Shown one piece after another: positions 36,401 to 49,100 of a stretch of DNA of 64,000 nucleotides (the first letter of the stretch is position 1; every line of letters begins with the position of its first letter). Both the position numbers and the translations under genes were made by a program. This DNA is from Spongospora subterranea f. sp. subterranea. Lineage: Eukaryota. The notes beneath the pieces are model-generated. The model was not told the origin of the DNA. It did no database searches and saw only the letters and a program-made list of their open reading frames with translations. The stretch lies in assembly GCA_049724395.1 (NCBI GenBank), contig JAUGWO010000128.1, positions 124,001 to 188,000 on the forward strand. The letters are read 5' to 3'.

Positions 36401-37511
36401 CCCTTTTGTCAACGATGGTGATAAGCGAACGGTTGACGAAATTGGCGTCGAAAGAGTCTGGGGCCGACAGCAATCGTTGGGTTTAGAAAAAAGAAAAGCC
36501 TCGTTGTCCCTCTTCATCGGAGCACAACCCGATGTCCAACCCCCAACGCCTCACATTATCTTCCGTTGCAAGGGCACTCAAATTCTACGATCATGAGAGC
36601 CGGATAAATGGGTGCAAGTTATATAATCTTGATTTAAATTGGTTTTCACAACTAAACAGGACAAACGCGATCGTGCCCACTTCCAAGAGTGTGGGTGGGT
36701 ATCCTGCCTTTGCGGGCTCTAATGATCGTAGAATTTGAGTGCCCTTGTCACGGAAGATAATGTGAGGCATTGGTTTGCTCCGATGCAGAGGAACAACGAG
36801 GCTTGATTGAATTCGATAACAGCCAGGGAATTCTTGTTACGTGATTTTTTGGTTTCTTCTCAACTTGCTAATTGTGATTATTTAGTTTGTATCACTACTT
36901 TTCCAAATATTGTTATTACAGTATGTTGTTACGCATTGTAGATCTGACCCTACTACCGTAAAACAATCCAACAGGCCATCACACAACAGTCATCCAAGTA
37001 AAGAAATGGCTAAATGCCCAAGGTATCTCCGTGTATGACGATCCGCGTGAAAAGTGACGATATTTGTACCGTTTTTGGATTCAGTAAGTGACATCCCAGT
37101 AACTCCTGGTCCTGCCCTCCTTGATTCTTGTGAGGTCCTGTATTGACGCGATGATTTTGATGTTCCAGTAGCCGTTTGTTTGGTCGATTGTTGTAGGGAA
37201 CAACATCACTGTCAGCTTTACATTCCCTCATAGAATCCAAGTGCTGCCTCCCTGAATTCTGCGAGGTCCTTAATTTGGTAGAACTGAGTATTCTCTTGGC
37301 TTTGTGAAAGCTTTCGTATTCGTGACAACCCCATCACAATCGGTTCATTTCCTGGGTCTCGTACTTAGCACAAATTCATTGCAGTTAGAGACTTTATTAT
37401 CAAACGGAAAACAAATTCAATGCTGGAGGGAATACGAGCATCGATCTGGATACATCAACAAATGGCATACCACATGCGCTACAGATGGTTCATGAATGTA
37501 TATTGACGTTA

Positions 37512-38678
37512 TTATGGAGTAGTTTCAGCAAATGAACGGCCACCGCCTCTAAACGCTCCCAAAATCAACCGCGCCTTGTTGTGAAGGCTCTGTGGGGAGA
37601 TGCCGAGCTTTTCGAATCCATTTACCCCCTCATGAACGATGATGTCTTCTGAAATTCGTCGTAATTCATCTCGCGTTAGCAGCGGTTCCCATGGAGTAAT
37701 CTCCATCATTCTGGCGAGTGTCATGGCGACGAATCTTGGAGTTTCCACAGCGTTGTTTTTCTTTTTCGTCAAATTCGCAACCATTTCGTAAATAGTTTTC
37801 ATGTCAAGAACTTCTGGACCGCCAAGTTCGAAAACTTGCCCTAGTGCGTCAGATCGGTTTAGTGACGACATGATGGCATCGGCAATGTCTTCAACGAAAA
37901 CTGGCTGAACATATCTTTCCCCGCCATCCATCATAGGGACGAACGGGAGAAGTGTGAGCAGTTGAGCACATCGATTCAGAAACCTATCTTCCCAACCAAA
38001 GGTCTTCGCAGGTCTTAAAATAATTGCTTCAGGAAACGCATCTAACACTATCCAATTCCAGTCAACTCTATAAATACAAACATGGCGCTTGCAAAAAACT
38101 ACCTGCTTTCTCGCCTTTTGCCTTTGACCTCAAAAATGCAGATTCTGATGTATCTGATGCGTTTAAAGACGATACATGCACGAAACGCTGAACGCCAACT
38201 TCTTTAGCCGTTGATGCCAAAAGTGACGCTGCAGTGGCGTGAACATCATCAAAGGAGAAATTGCGAGTTTCATAATCTCTTCCAATAAGGTTGATGACAA
38301 TATTGGATTGAAGTATCTGGAAGAATTTAGAATCCTGTTGGATGAGCATATATTCAAATGCAAAGACTGACAGCTTCTTTGATAGAAGATTTATCACGAA
38401 CGTCAAATGGAACCGCTGTAATTTGGCCAACATCTCCACAAACCCGCAAGTGTCTAACTTCCATCCCATCACCTCTGAAAGGAACTACGACCTAAATCGT
38501 AAAAAAATCGATATGAAGGCAAGCAACAGGGGAAAAGGACTGATACCTGAGAACCAATTCGGCCTAGACGGTCGACAACGTAGCGACCAAAAAAACCAGA
38601 GGCCCCAAATACAGTAGCAGTGACACCAGATACAGATGCGCGCCCGCCTGGCGACACGAGCAACTTGGATACGGTCAT
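37512..38678 (-). CDS. NDUFA9: NADH dehydrogenase (ubiquinone) 1 alpha subcomplex subunit 9 (39 kDa SDR subunit), multi-exon
   Basis: [91 protein letters not shown] and QPVFVEDIA. The true start may lie further upstream (targeting peptide). Confidence 0.95.
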
Positions 38679-39180
38679 GTCGGAAGGTCGACCGCAAAAA
38701 TGATTCAAATACGGGGCGAACGAGCGGACGTACTCGGTGCCAAGCGTGACGAAACACGAAAGCAGGTTCCCCCAACAGCTTATTATGTCCCACGGCCGTT
38801 GAGGGTTCAGATGGCGCCTCCACCTGGCTGTCGGCGTGGCCCTGTCAGTGCGGGCGCGTTCCTGTGCAGTTCTGTATTGAGAAACCATCGCAACCAAACT
38901 GATTCTTGGAGTATTCTTGGTCTTATTTCAACTGTAAGCAGGTTGAGTATTTAGCCATCGAGAATTCCGGTGAACTCGAGCGTTATGCATTCATCTTGTG
39001 CTGGTGAATGAACGTCTCTACGTTCGATAGCAACTTGGGGTAGCATCCAGATCTAAAAAAATATTTCAATTTGAACGCTGCGACAGCCTATCAAGAGTTC
39101 TACTGCTGAGAATTATTTATTATTGCCAGAGAGAATAAATAGATCAATTAAATAGATGTTTTGGAACTCAGTAGCATCGG

Positions 39181-40342
39181 TTATGATTTGGAACTGCCAG
39201 ATAATCGGTTGATTATGGTCACAATCCGGCGGTGAATACTGTCTTTGAACATGAACATAAGCGCGGTGCTGAGAGCGCTTTTGATAATTTGAGCTTGCAT
39301 TCCCTAACAAGAAGAGCATTGCAATTAGACGCGATGGAAACTGATATGAGGTGACGATATACCTTATAGATGGACTGGAATCCATTGTTTCGTAAAACGC
39401 GAATAAGAACTTCGTTGACACCTTGATCTGAATTGCTTGCATATTGCATACGCGTCTTGGCCATTATGTATGGATAAGTGATCACTGTAGCAACGACCTT
39501 CGATCTGGGCTATGGAATAAGAGGCCTATTCAACTTGGCAATCTGATTTAGCTTACATAGCGCCGATGAGAAACGACTCCATAGCTGTCAAGTGAAAATC
39601 TTCCACATTGCCCAGCTGTTTCCGTCTTATGCGCATCCACCAAGACTTCAATTTATCATAAACCATAAATTGAATGGCAGGATTCAGGGTAAGAATCAAT
39701 GCAGGAGTGATACCCCTATAAAACGCTAGAAGACCCTCATTAGATAGAATCTTCCCTACCGCCCCAAGGACACTGTTATTAGCATGATGTGCCCCAGACG
39801 TTTGAAGGCGCGTCTGGATCACACTAACAGTGATTTAGTCTGGCTAGCTGTGGCGGTTTGTTGACGTCATTACCTTATGGGGTTGACAACAAGCTGCGTT
39901 GCTGTTCCAGCCAGAACACCCACTAATAATGATTCCAACGCTGATATTGGCTTATCGTCAAACTTCGATTTCAATGAAGAGTACGTTGAGAAATAAAGTG
40001 AATTCTGGACGACGACCTGATGGCACCAATTAAACGGATGTAGCAAGTCGGGTACTGATATTTACACACCTTTAGATATTCGCTGTATATGCCAACAAAC
40101 AATCCAGATACACCATCCTTTACAACGATATCTCTGCAATTTATGATTAGAGAGTTACAAAATTGACAATCCTTGAAGCAGGGCAACCTAACGATTGAAG
40201 GTATAGAACCAGATCCCACAGAGCTTAGATCGGCTTGCAAACGGGTTTTGACGAGATCAAGCGGATATGTAATGGTCGATGAAATCAAGCTTGCACAGAC
40301 ACCGGATAGTGTCTCGTGATATACATTGCTGGATTGGGTCAT
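39181..40342 (-). CDS. Mitochondrial-carrier-family (SLC25) protein, peroxisomal PMP34/Ant1-like, multi-exon
   Basis: Three carrier repeats (TYPLDLVKTRLQ, VIQTRLQ, ITYPYIMAKTRMQ), plus the peroxisomal-carrier-type RGITPALILTLNPAIQF and FLIGAM-SKVVATVITYP. Confidence 0.88.
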
Positions 40343-40718
40343 GGCAACTGCAAAATTCAGATATCGCCACAAATTGCACTCGTTAAGTGAATTCTACAGG
40401 TGCGCGCCAGGTACAGGGGCCCTCTCCTCGAGTTCGTGGCTGCTCTCGTGGCCCTGGAGCGTGGGCCTCCAGCAACCAGTCCGACCAGAGAGGCCGCGGC
40501 TCTACAGCAGTTACAGTTTGCCCCGCGTAGGACGTCAGTCTGTCAAGCGTTGGAGCGTCTCAGATCTACGTTGCATCATCATCGCAGTCAGTCCAAGGCA
40601 GTCAGGCAGGCACCGCCACCATCATTACGGCCATTCCCCATTCCCGATCGCTGGATCAGCGTTGACGGTCTAGATACTACTGCCATATTGTGCCCGGTCC
40701 TAGGGAATTCGGCGGCCC

Positions 40719-42907
40719 ATGGCCAGCTTATCCCAGAGAGATGTATCAGATCAAGGATCCAGCGAAAACGTCGATCAGCTGATATCGCCAACTTTGAATT
40801 CTAAAATTTCTGGGGAAGAACTGGACTGTTTTCGCTTAAGGATGGGCGATAAAGTTAAAATATGCCGCAGGAGACCAACGTCAATGAACGAGCTTCTTGC
40901 TATGTTTTTGCTCGGTTCGTAATTTTTTGTGAAATATTGCCCAAATGCGCTCTGATTTAGTTTGCCATAGGGTTTCCCGATGTTGATCCTCCCCTTGACT
41001 TTTATGTTGATCAGCAATTAATCAACAATATATCAGAATTACCCGAAAACTCCATTGTTGACTGCTACCCTGCAACGGCTCATCCTGTTAAACGAGACCG
41101 CGACGATGACACTCATGAAAATGCAATTTGGCCAAAGGAAAAGCGAATAAAGGCCGCTTCTTCAACGGCGTCCGGTGGGGATGAAGGCTGCATTGTGCAT
41201 CTTCGGGGACTTCCTTTCGATGTCAATGAACGAGATATTCGACATTTTCTTTTTGACGCCAAGGTATCGGATCAGCCCAGCTCGATAGTCATTCAGTTAA
41301 ACGGTCGCGATTTACCAACTGGCGACGCACATGTTCGCCTAGCGTCTTTAGTGGACGTTGGATTGGCACTTGCTCGGCATAAACAACATATGGGTACATG
41401 CATTTTGTGAGTTTGATTCGTAACTTTCAAATTTTTTTCCTCAGGTGCTCGTTATATTGAGGTTTTTCGCGCATCCAACCACTCGATGATAAAGTGCATT
41501 AACGATAATGCGAACCGAGTCAACAATCGGGATGTGCGCCGTAAGGGAACGGATTCGAGCCTCACCGGCCGGGCACTGTCGTTTTCTAGGGATGCCCCTT
41601 TTTTAGGCACTGATGACTTCCCTAGACACTACCGAGTTTTTCCTCCACAGCGTTTTCCTGTACGTTCTTGCTCAGTTTACTGAATGATTACACCGTTTGA
41701 CTCTCCCTTCCTGTTCTTCTTCTTTAGTCTTGCGGTTATATCCGTGTACGTGGATTGCCATATCATACATCTGAAAGCGACATCTATTCGTATATCTGCG
41801 ACTCTGAGTCCGAATCCAGCGTTAATTCATTTTGCAATTCTCTAGGTTTTTCCAGACTGTTGGAGTAATGCCAACACGAATAGTTTTCACATCATCGACA
41901 AATCAGGACGCCGTTTTAGAATTTTCTAGTGTTTCTGACTCAGAAGTAGCGATGGCGAAAGATAAAGACTATATTGGCTCTCGTTTCATTGACTTACATC
42001 GAATATCACCCGAAGAGTTCAATGACAAATATATGTTTGCAAATCGGACCGGATTGAGGACGCTTTCGACCGATGGTGACGTATTTGGATCCCCAAGGTC
42101 CATTCGCTCAAATTTGGCCACTATTCCATCTCAATGCAGCCCGAGAAGTTCCCATTACAGTTATCACCCATGCCGGCTAAAGCTACGAGGGCTCCCGTTT
42201 TCAGCTTCTGCTCGAGATGTTGAAAACTTTTTTACGTCAGTGTTCTCAGGCTGTCACGACCGCGAATTGCTTTTTTAACGCTCTGCTTGACGTCTTGTTT
42301 AGGGGATTTCGGATCATACCTGGATCAGTTCATCTCCCTCGTGAACAATCTGGCCGCTCATCCGGCCTTGGGTTTATTGATTTCGAATCAAGCCGTGACG
42401 CTGAACTCGCTATGCGCGAGAGAAACATGCAGTTCATCAACCACCGGTATCTGTTATTGGCTGGCCTAATTGGAACAACACTTTTTACCAATTTGCACAA
42501 CAGATACATCGAGCTTAGCATAGATAGTAAATATTCGTCACAAGGTTCTCCATCCAGTGTCCCTTCTTTCAGAGCTGCTCCGGATCTCGTCAATTCTCGC
42601 CGCGTCAGATTAAGAGGATTACCATTTAGCGCCACAAAAACCGACATAATCAATTTCTTCCCGTACGTCTGATTGCTTTGTTATTCTCAATGTGAGGGGG
42701 GAGTGCTAATGTGTTCTTTTCAACTTGGTTTTCAGTGGGTTTTCACTGGATATGAGCTCAGCTGAGACATATATAGATCCAGTATCCGGGCGGCCAAATG
42801 GGGTGGGGTGTGTCTCCTTTTTATCATGCAGTGAAGCGATGCGTGCAATCAAGGAGCGAAACCATGCATTCATGAATAGCCGTTATATCGAGCTTTCTCT
42901 TGAATGA
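40719..42907 (+). CDS. hnRNP F/H/GRSF1/ESRP-like RNA-binding protein with four quasi-RRMs, multi-exon
   Basis: Four qRRM starts: VHLRGLPF, IRVRGLPY, LKLRGLPF and VRLRGLPF. They end in MG-ARYIEVF, IGSRFIDL, INHR-YIEL and MNSRYIEL. The N-terminal exons from ATG 40719 splice in frame. Confidence 0.9.
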
Positions 42908-43113
42908 CACGAGAACCGAATTATTTGCAAATTTTGTATCGATTCATTTACTAAGTTTCCTACCCTTCGTTAAAATACCCAGATTTGGTATAATTCCAGC
43001 TAATATATTGTTAATTATTCTTTCGACGAGAAACTTTCAGGACGTTGCTTTTCTTCCTACTATCAGGGTTTGAACGTATTTAGGACATCTGCCGTGCTGG
43101 TCATCCATGGTCA

Positions 43114-46100
43114 TCAGTCGGTGTTCAATACGAGCGCTGTGCCTTGCAGAATCCAATGGCTGGCATGCTCACTGGCGGTCAGGTCGGCCTCAAACACTGC
43201 ACCCTCGCCCATTCCGCCTCGCCGATCTTGAGTGACATATACCGGTGTTCTGAAGGTGCTGGCCAACTTGAGCTTGGTAAGCTCGATGGGGATTACCTGA
43301 AGGATGGGCAGTTCGATGATAAGTTCCTTTGGATTGGGCCGCGTCAAGCACGATCGCTGGACATCCCAGCCTGCTCCCTCTAAATAAAGGCCTTGAATGT
43401 AGCAACCATCTGCGGGACGTTCTTTGATGTCCTCTGGATTGATGATGCCGGTCACTTTGGTGTAAAGGGTGGATTTATCCAGTGGCCATCGCCTCTTTCG
43501 GCATGTACTTTGGACGAGGGCGGTCAGATATGACTCGGGCACATGCAGTCCGCTGAGCCAGATAACTATGGGATCATCCCCTTGAAGTATCCAGTTCTGG
43601 TACTGGTCATAGCGCCGTTGAAAGTGCTGGATCCAACTGCCCAGCATTTTTTTCGTTTGTGGCGCCAGTGCGCGCCATACCTCAGGAAGATACCCGTTAA
43701 ACAGGGAGCTCCCGATCGCCTCCAGCTCACTTGACATTCCGATCTCACCGGCAAGCGCCTTCTGTAACTCGGCCAATGATGCCGACATCTTCGCGATCAG
43801 GATATTCCATCGCTCCAGCTCCTGCATCAGCACAATGGCACAGGGAGGGATAGGCTCTTCTGGACGATTCGCCCGAGTTGCTGCCGCTGCACTCAATGAA
43901 CGGCGAATGATCTGCAGATCGAAAGGTTCTGGAACCTTTCGCTCAATATCAGCGGCTATTCTGGTGATTATCTCTTCTCGTGACGCGCCGCTGCTATCTG
44001 CTACTGAGCGTGGTTGCAGGTCGATCAGATCTCGCCACATCTGCTTGGTGGCATCACTAAAGTACCCAATCTCCGCGTTGCTATGGAGGCCAAATACTTC
44101 GGGGCTGTAATCGAGCGGGAATGGTCTGGATCGCCTCCTCATACCCCTTAATGGTTTTCGTCGCTGGAATCATGTAGTCATATCCGGAGCGAGAGAAATA
44201 AAAGGGCTGGGATTGATCAAAAAGGAAATCGCCCATGTACTCATCTAGATATGTGATGAGGATTCGTCGATCATAGCTATCGGTAACCCTTCCCCCATAC
44301 ATTGCCTCTCCGATTAGATATCGCAACGAGCCCCAGGGCATCATCTCGTCATGATTGTTCCATGCCTTGGTCAGATACATCGATAGCAGGCGAAGTGATA
44401 CGTTGAAATCGCTCTCGTTGAAATCATACATAACATTCCAGCCAATCTTGCCGTATTTGCGGCGCTCTTGCACGACGGCGTGAAAGAAACTGAGAACATA
44501 CACCAACGACGGAAATGCGGGATGGGGACAGTCGTTCAAGACATCGTCCGTAATACGAGAATACGAACTGCGAATATTCAGGCGCAGGCCGTCAGGTGGT
44601 TCTGTCACTACTTTTAGTGACCGTTGCAAAATGCCTTTACACGAAATTATCGGTTAGAAACGATGCGAGGCGTATTCCTTGATTACGTACCAAGAGGGAA
44701 TCGAGGAGTTGGATCAGTCGTTAACCACAATCGAAAATCAGGATTTACCGATGTTAAGGACAGCGATTCTAATAGTTTCTCTAGAGTTTTGAGCCATGAC
44801 GACATCAGGTGGCAATTCTGTAAAACGATCCAGAAGCCACGAGATGACCCAGACTTGAGCAATGACAGTGCAATGTCGCCTTGGCCTTGCCCAAGCGCTG
44901 TTTAAAAAATATCTGGAGTTAGTAACCGTTTGTGAACGTAACTCGTGATTCAAGTCATACCCAGATGACGGAAGCGGTTGCTCTGCTTAATCCCATGTTG
45001 CTCTGCCAATTTGTCAAGCTCGATCATAGGATCGGCACCAGGCGATAGAATGAATACCACCGGGCTCTTGGCCGAGCTTTGCGCTAATATGCGCCCAAAC
45101 TCTAAAACTGGCGGCTGGACGTAATACTGATCCCCCATAATTTGGACAACGAACCGCCTCACGTCGGTATAGATTCGATCAGGGCGAAAGCAGCGCAGGA
45201 TAAGCATGGATTGCATCTTCGTGAACTGAGCTCCGTATCCCTCAGGCATTGGCTCGTCCTCCGGCCTCTCTTTGCCCTGAACAGAAACAGCCCAAACGCA
45301 ATGAAAACGCAATAATCAACATTTTGATACCGTCTCACCTGCCACGAACGCCATTGCTCGCTGTGTTCTGTGACATGGGAAAGCAAGGTAGTGAACACCT
45401 CGCTGATTCCTGACAATCTCTGAAGGTCCTTCCACGCTTGGGCGCTGATCCAATCGTCTGGTCTATCCTCGTCATTGCTATCCAAGGAGATATTCCCCTT
45501 GAGAAAGAAATCCAACTCTTGACGGTCGAGCTCGTCTTCCATAATCATTACCGTCATTTGAAACGAGAACATCAGCTTGTGCCTTTCGAAAATGCCGGTG
45601 CAGACATAATCATAAACCATCTTGGTAAGCTTAGTGATTATATTCTTGAGGCGGTACGTGATCATGGGATCGCGTTCACTGGTAGTTAACGCACGCAAGA
45701 ATAGCTGCAAGTAGGATGAGAGCGAGTATTCATACATCTTGCTGATGTTAGACAGGCCGCTGATGGCGAAGAATAGGATGGCGCCCCGCTTGGCTGCAGC
45801 CCGATATCCTGCGGTGACTTTCTCCAGCTCATTGGCAGTAATAGCGCTCTCCTCCAACTGCTCAGCAATGGAAACTGACTTGGTTTTGGCACTTTCTAAA
45901 ACTCCAATCAGCACTGCGTTTTCCAGGATATTGCCAGTGGCTTCGGTCAGCTCCTGTACAGGCCGGGCAATTAGCGATACCTTGTGCAAAAATCTCAACA
46001 CTTACCCGCAATAGGACCGCCTCCAACTCGGCCAGCTTGATATTGTTCTTGCTCATCGTCTGTATCAATTCCTCCCGTTGCTGCTGCAAATCAGGGCGTT

Positions 46101-49100
46101 CATTGCCCACCACCACGTCAAGAAGTTGATCCTCCAATCCAGTCATTGTCACGCTGTAGTTGATTATCATTGTCCTGCCGGCCAGTTCGGCAGAATATTC
46201 AGGATTGCTCATCTTGGTAACTAGGTATAGTCGGAATCCATCATCCCAATCTATCAGCTTGTCACCAAGTTGCAGCTGTTTCCCAGATCCCTGAACAGCA
46301 ATTGCTATCAACTACACCGGATAAGCATGACAACCACTAATTACCGAGGTGATTAAGTTTTTATCAAGGACTGGATTAATTATGGGATCAACATCTTCGT
46401 CAACAGCTTCGAATAGGAACGGATTTCCGAATTGAATACATAGCTCTAAGTACTTCATGAAGTCGGGATCGTTGAAGGTCTGAATAGTTAGCTTTTTGAG
46501 TCGTGTCTCTTTTTCCTTGATCCATTTTAGTGCCTGCATTTGAGGGTCAATACACAACGGGAACCGGGAGGATTGTGTGGTGAGGATGCCGTTCTGGATA
46601 GAGAGCTCATCGGAGGGAAGCCCTTCACTAACCCACGACGATATTTGAACCGGGGTGGTAAGCAGAGTTTCTAAACGGAAGGGGGAAGTTAGGGGAACCT
46701 TGCGCTGGACCAGATCCGATTGCCAGTCTGCATATAACATCTCGCTCCGGTACCCGAACGTGAACGCGCCTGTGTAGGATAGGAATGCAGCGGCCAGGAG
46801 ACAATCTCCAACAAAACGGCTCTTTTTCTCGCTGAGGTCTTCCTTATCATGGGACCAACGCGTCCTCTCACTGCCTAACCCTTGGATCAGCTTACTGGCC
46901 GCTGCCAAATACTGGGCCATTTTATCCGCCTCAAGTGCAAGATCGCGAGATTCGCCGCTCTTCTCCTCGTAGGTCTTGCTAAGGGCAGCGATTTCGTCCT
47001 CCAACAGGCCTAACTCGGCCCGGATCTGGCGCAGATCGGCTTGAGATTGGGCCATCTCCTTCTCCATCGCCTTGACTTTCTTGCGACGTGGCTCTACGTT
47101 TTTTGCGACTCTGTTGTAGTCGAGGATGGCGAGGACCCAGACCAGAAGCCCTTTACCGGCAGCGCTGATGCGATCTGATTCGTATGGATTCTCCATCAAA
47201 ATTAAACATGAACATAACCCATCGAATTAGATTTTTACCCAGATTATCGACAGTCACTGCTGATTTAGCATCGGTTTTCTTCTTAAGGATCTTCGTCACT
47301 TTCTGCACTTGCTTCTCAGTGATGTCGTCCCTAGGGTAATTCTGGAGCTTCGACAGAAATGCTGGATCACTCATCATGGACTTAGCGCCAGCCTAAACAG
47401 CAACGCAAGTGAATAGGTCAGTGGTTTCAGAAACAATCCAGTGTTTTATACCCATCCGGTGGCCGGGTCTTCCTTTCCAGACGGTTTCAACTCTAAAACA
47501 CATTGACACACATCCTTGACCGGTCCTGGAGGGTTGGCATAAGACTTCACCATAGTGATATCGTCCTTCTTTAGGTTCTTTAGTGCCTCGGCAGCTGCCT
47601 CTAATGCCGGCAATGCCTCATCTATCAGTACTGTCATCCATGTATTTCTGGTTACCACACCACATAAAACGTACCCAGCGCATCTTCTGCCATTTTTTTC
47701 TCAACAGCAATACGTTCTCCCTCAATCTGTAATTCGGCATTTTTCTCGTTCGCAAGCTTTCTCTTCACTTCAACCTCATGGCTTCGCTCCCGTATTTGCT
47801 CTATCATACGAGTGCATTCCATGGCTGCTGCATCTACGATGACCTACATACAGCCATACCCGTTTTAAAAATTGCTTGGGATATTGAGGACCGCAATCAC
47901 CTTCTTCTCTCTCAGCTCCTCTTGCATTGCATCTACAGCATCAGCGGCCTCTATCAGTTTTGCCAGACCTCCGATCAAGCGTTTGGATTTGCGATCGTTC
48001 TCTATTCTACATTGCGATAATTGCCTTCGATAATTACCAATATAATCTGTAGCGATAGATTGTAAATATGGATGCACCTTCTAGTTTGAAATCAGATCCC
48101 TAACCCAAATAATTCTTTGGTGTCACTGAATTGAATCGGCGCAACTCCTGCATAAACCTGGAGCTATACAATTGCACAGAAAGATGGACTTTGACCATGT
48201 GCTGAACTATTGCGGGCTTAAACTCCTCAGAGACCTCGTCTCCGGCAAGGAAATGATTTGCGACTGCCAGCAGGGCATCGCTTGGCCACGTGAAAAACCA
48301 GTCAATAACAGTATTGCAGACGAGCCCTGGGAATGAGCGGCAACGGCGGCGCAATTGATCCCCGCTGGGCGACATGCAGAGGACAATGTGAAGGTTATCT
48401 CGACACCTGAGGCAACAGATAAAATGAGAAGTTGAAGTGGAGCAGATCGTGTTAGCTGACTTATTGACCAGGTAAGCCCAACAAGCGTCCGCTGTACCGG
48501 ATGGTACCTCCTTCCGAACACTCTCGATCAAAGGGGCTTTTTCTTCATCAGAGAACAACGCCGGAACTATGCCCGTAGTCAACATGTTGTTCACGAGCTC
48601 CAAGAAAGATTCGTCCACAACATGGGCGTCGCTGAACATGAACACTACAGCCTGTTTGCACAACAGACTATAGAGTTTTTTGAGGTCCTCCCTAAACTCG
48701 TATTCGCCATAGCCACGGCTAAGCTGGATCACAAACAGAGAGTATTGTGCACAGCAGGCGGCTAGCCGGGTTAGACTCTGCTTGCCGCTGCCACCGACAC
48801 CGACAAGTAAAGCATTGCCTCGCTCCATTCGGATAATGCGATGAATTCGGGTTAGATGCTCGAGAGCGTCTTGGAATAGCACCAGGTTCATGAAGGATGA
48901 AGTTGAACCATTAGAATTGTAGCTGGATAGGGTCTGGTCGAAAATGGTTCTGACCGCTTCATATGATCCTGAAGACAAGAAAAGGGTCTGTTCAGATTCG
49001 AGTCATGGCGAGTTTTTGTTAAGGAAAATCACCTACCTAGATCTTCATATATTCTGACAGATTCTGTAGGATTATTTGCTAGACGAAAATCTCCATACAG

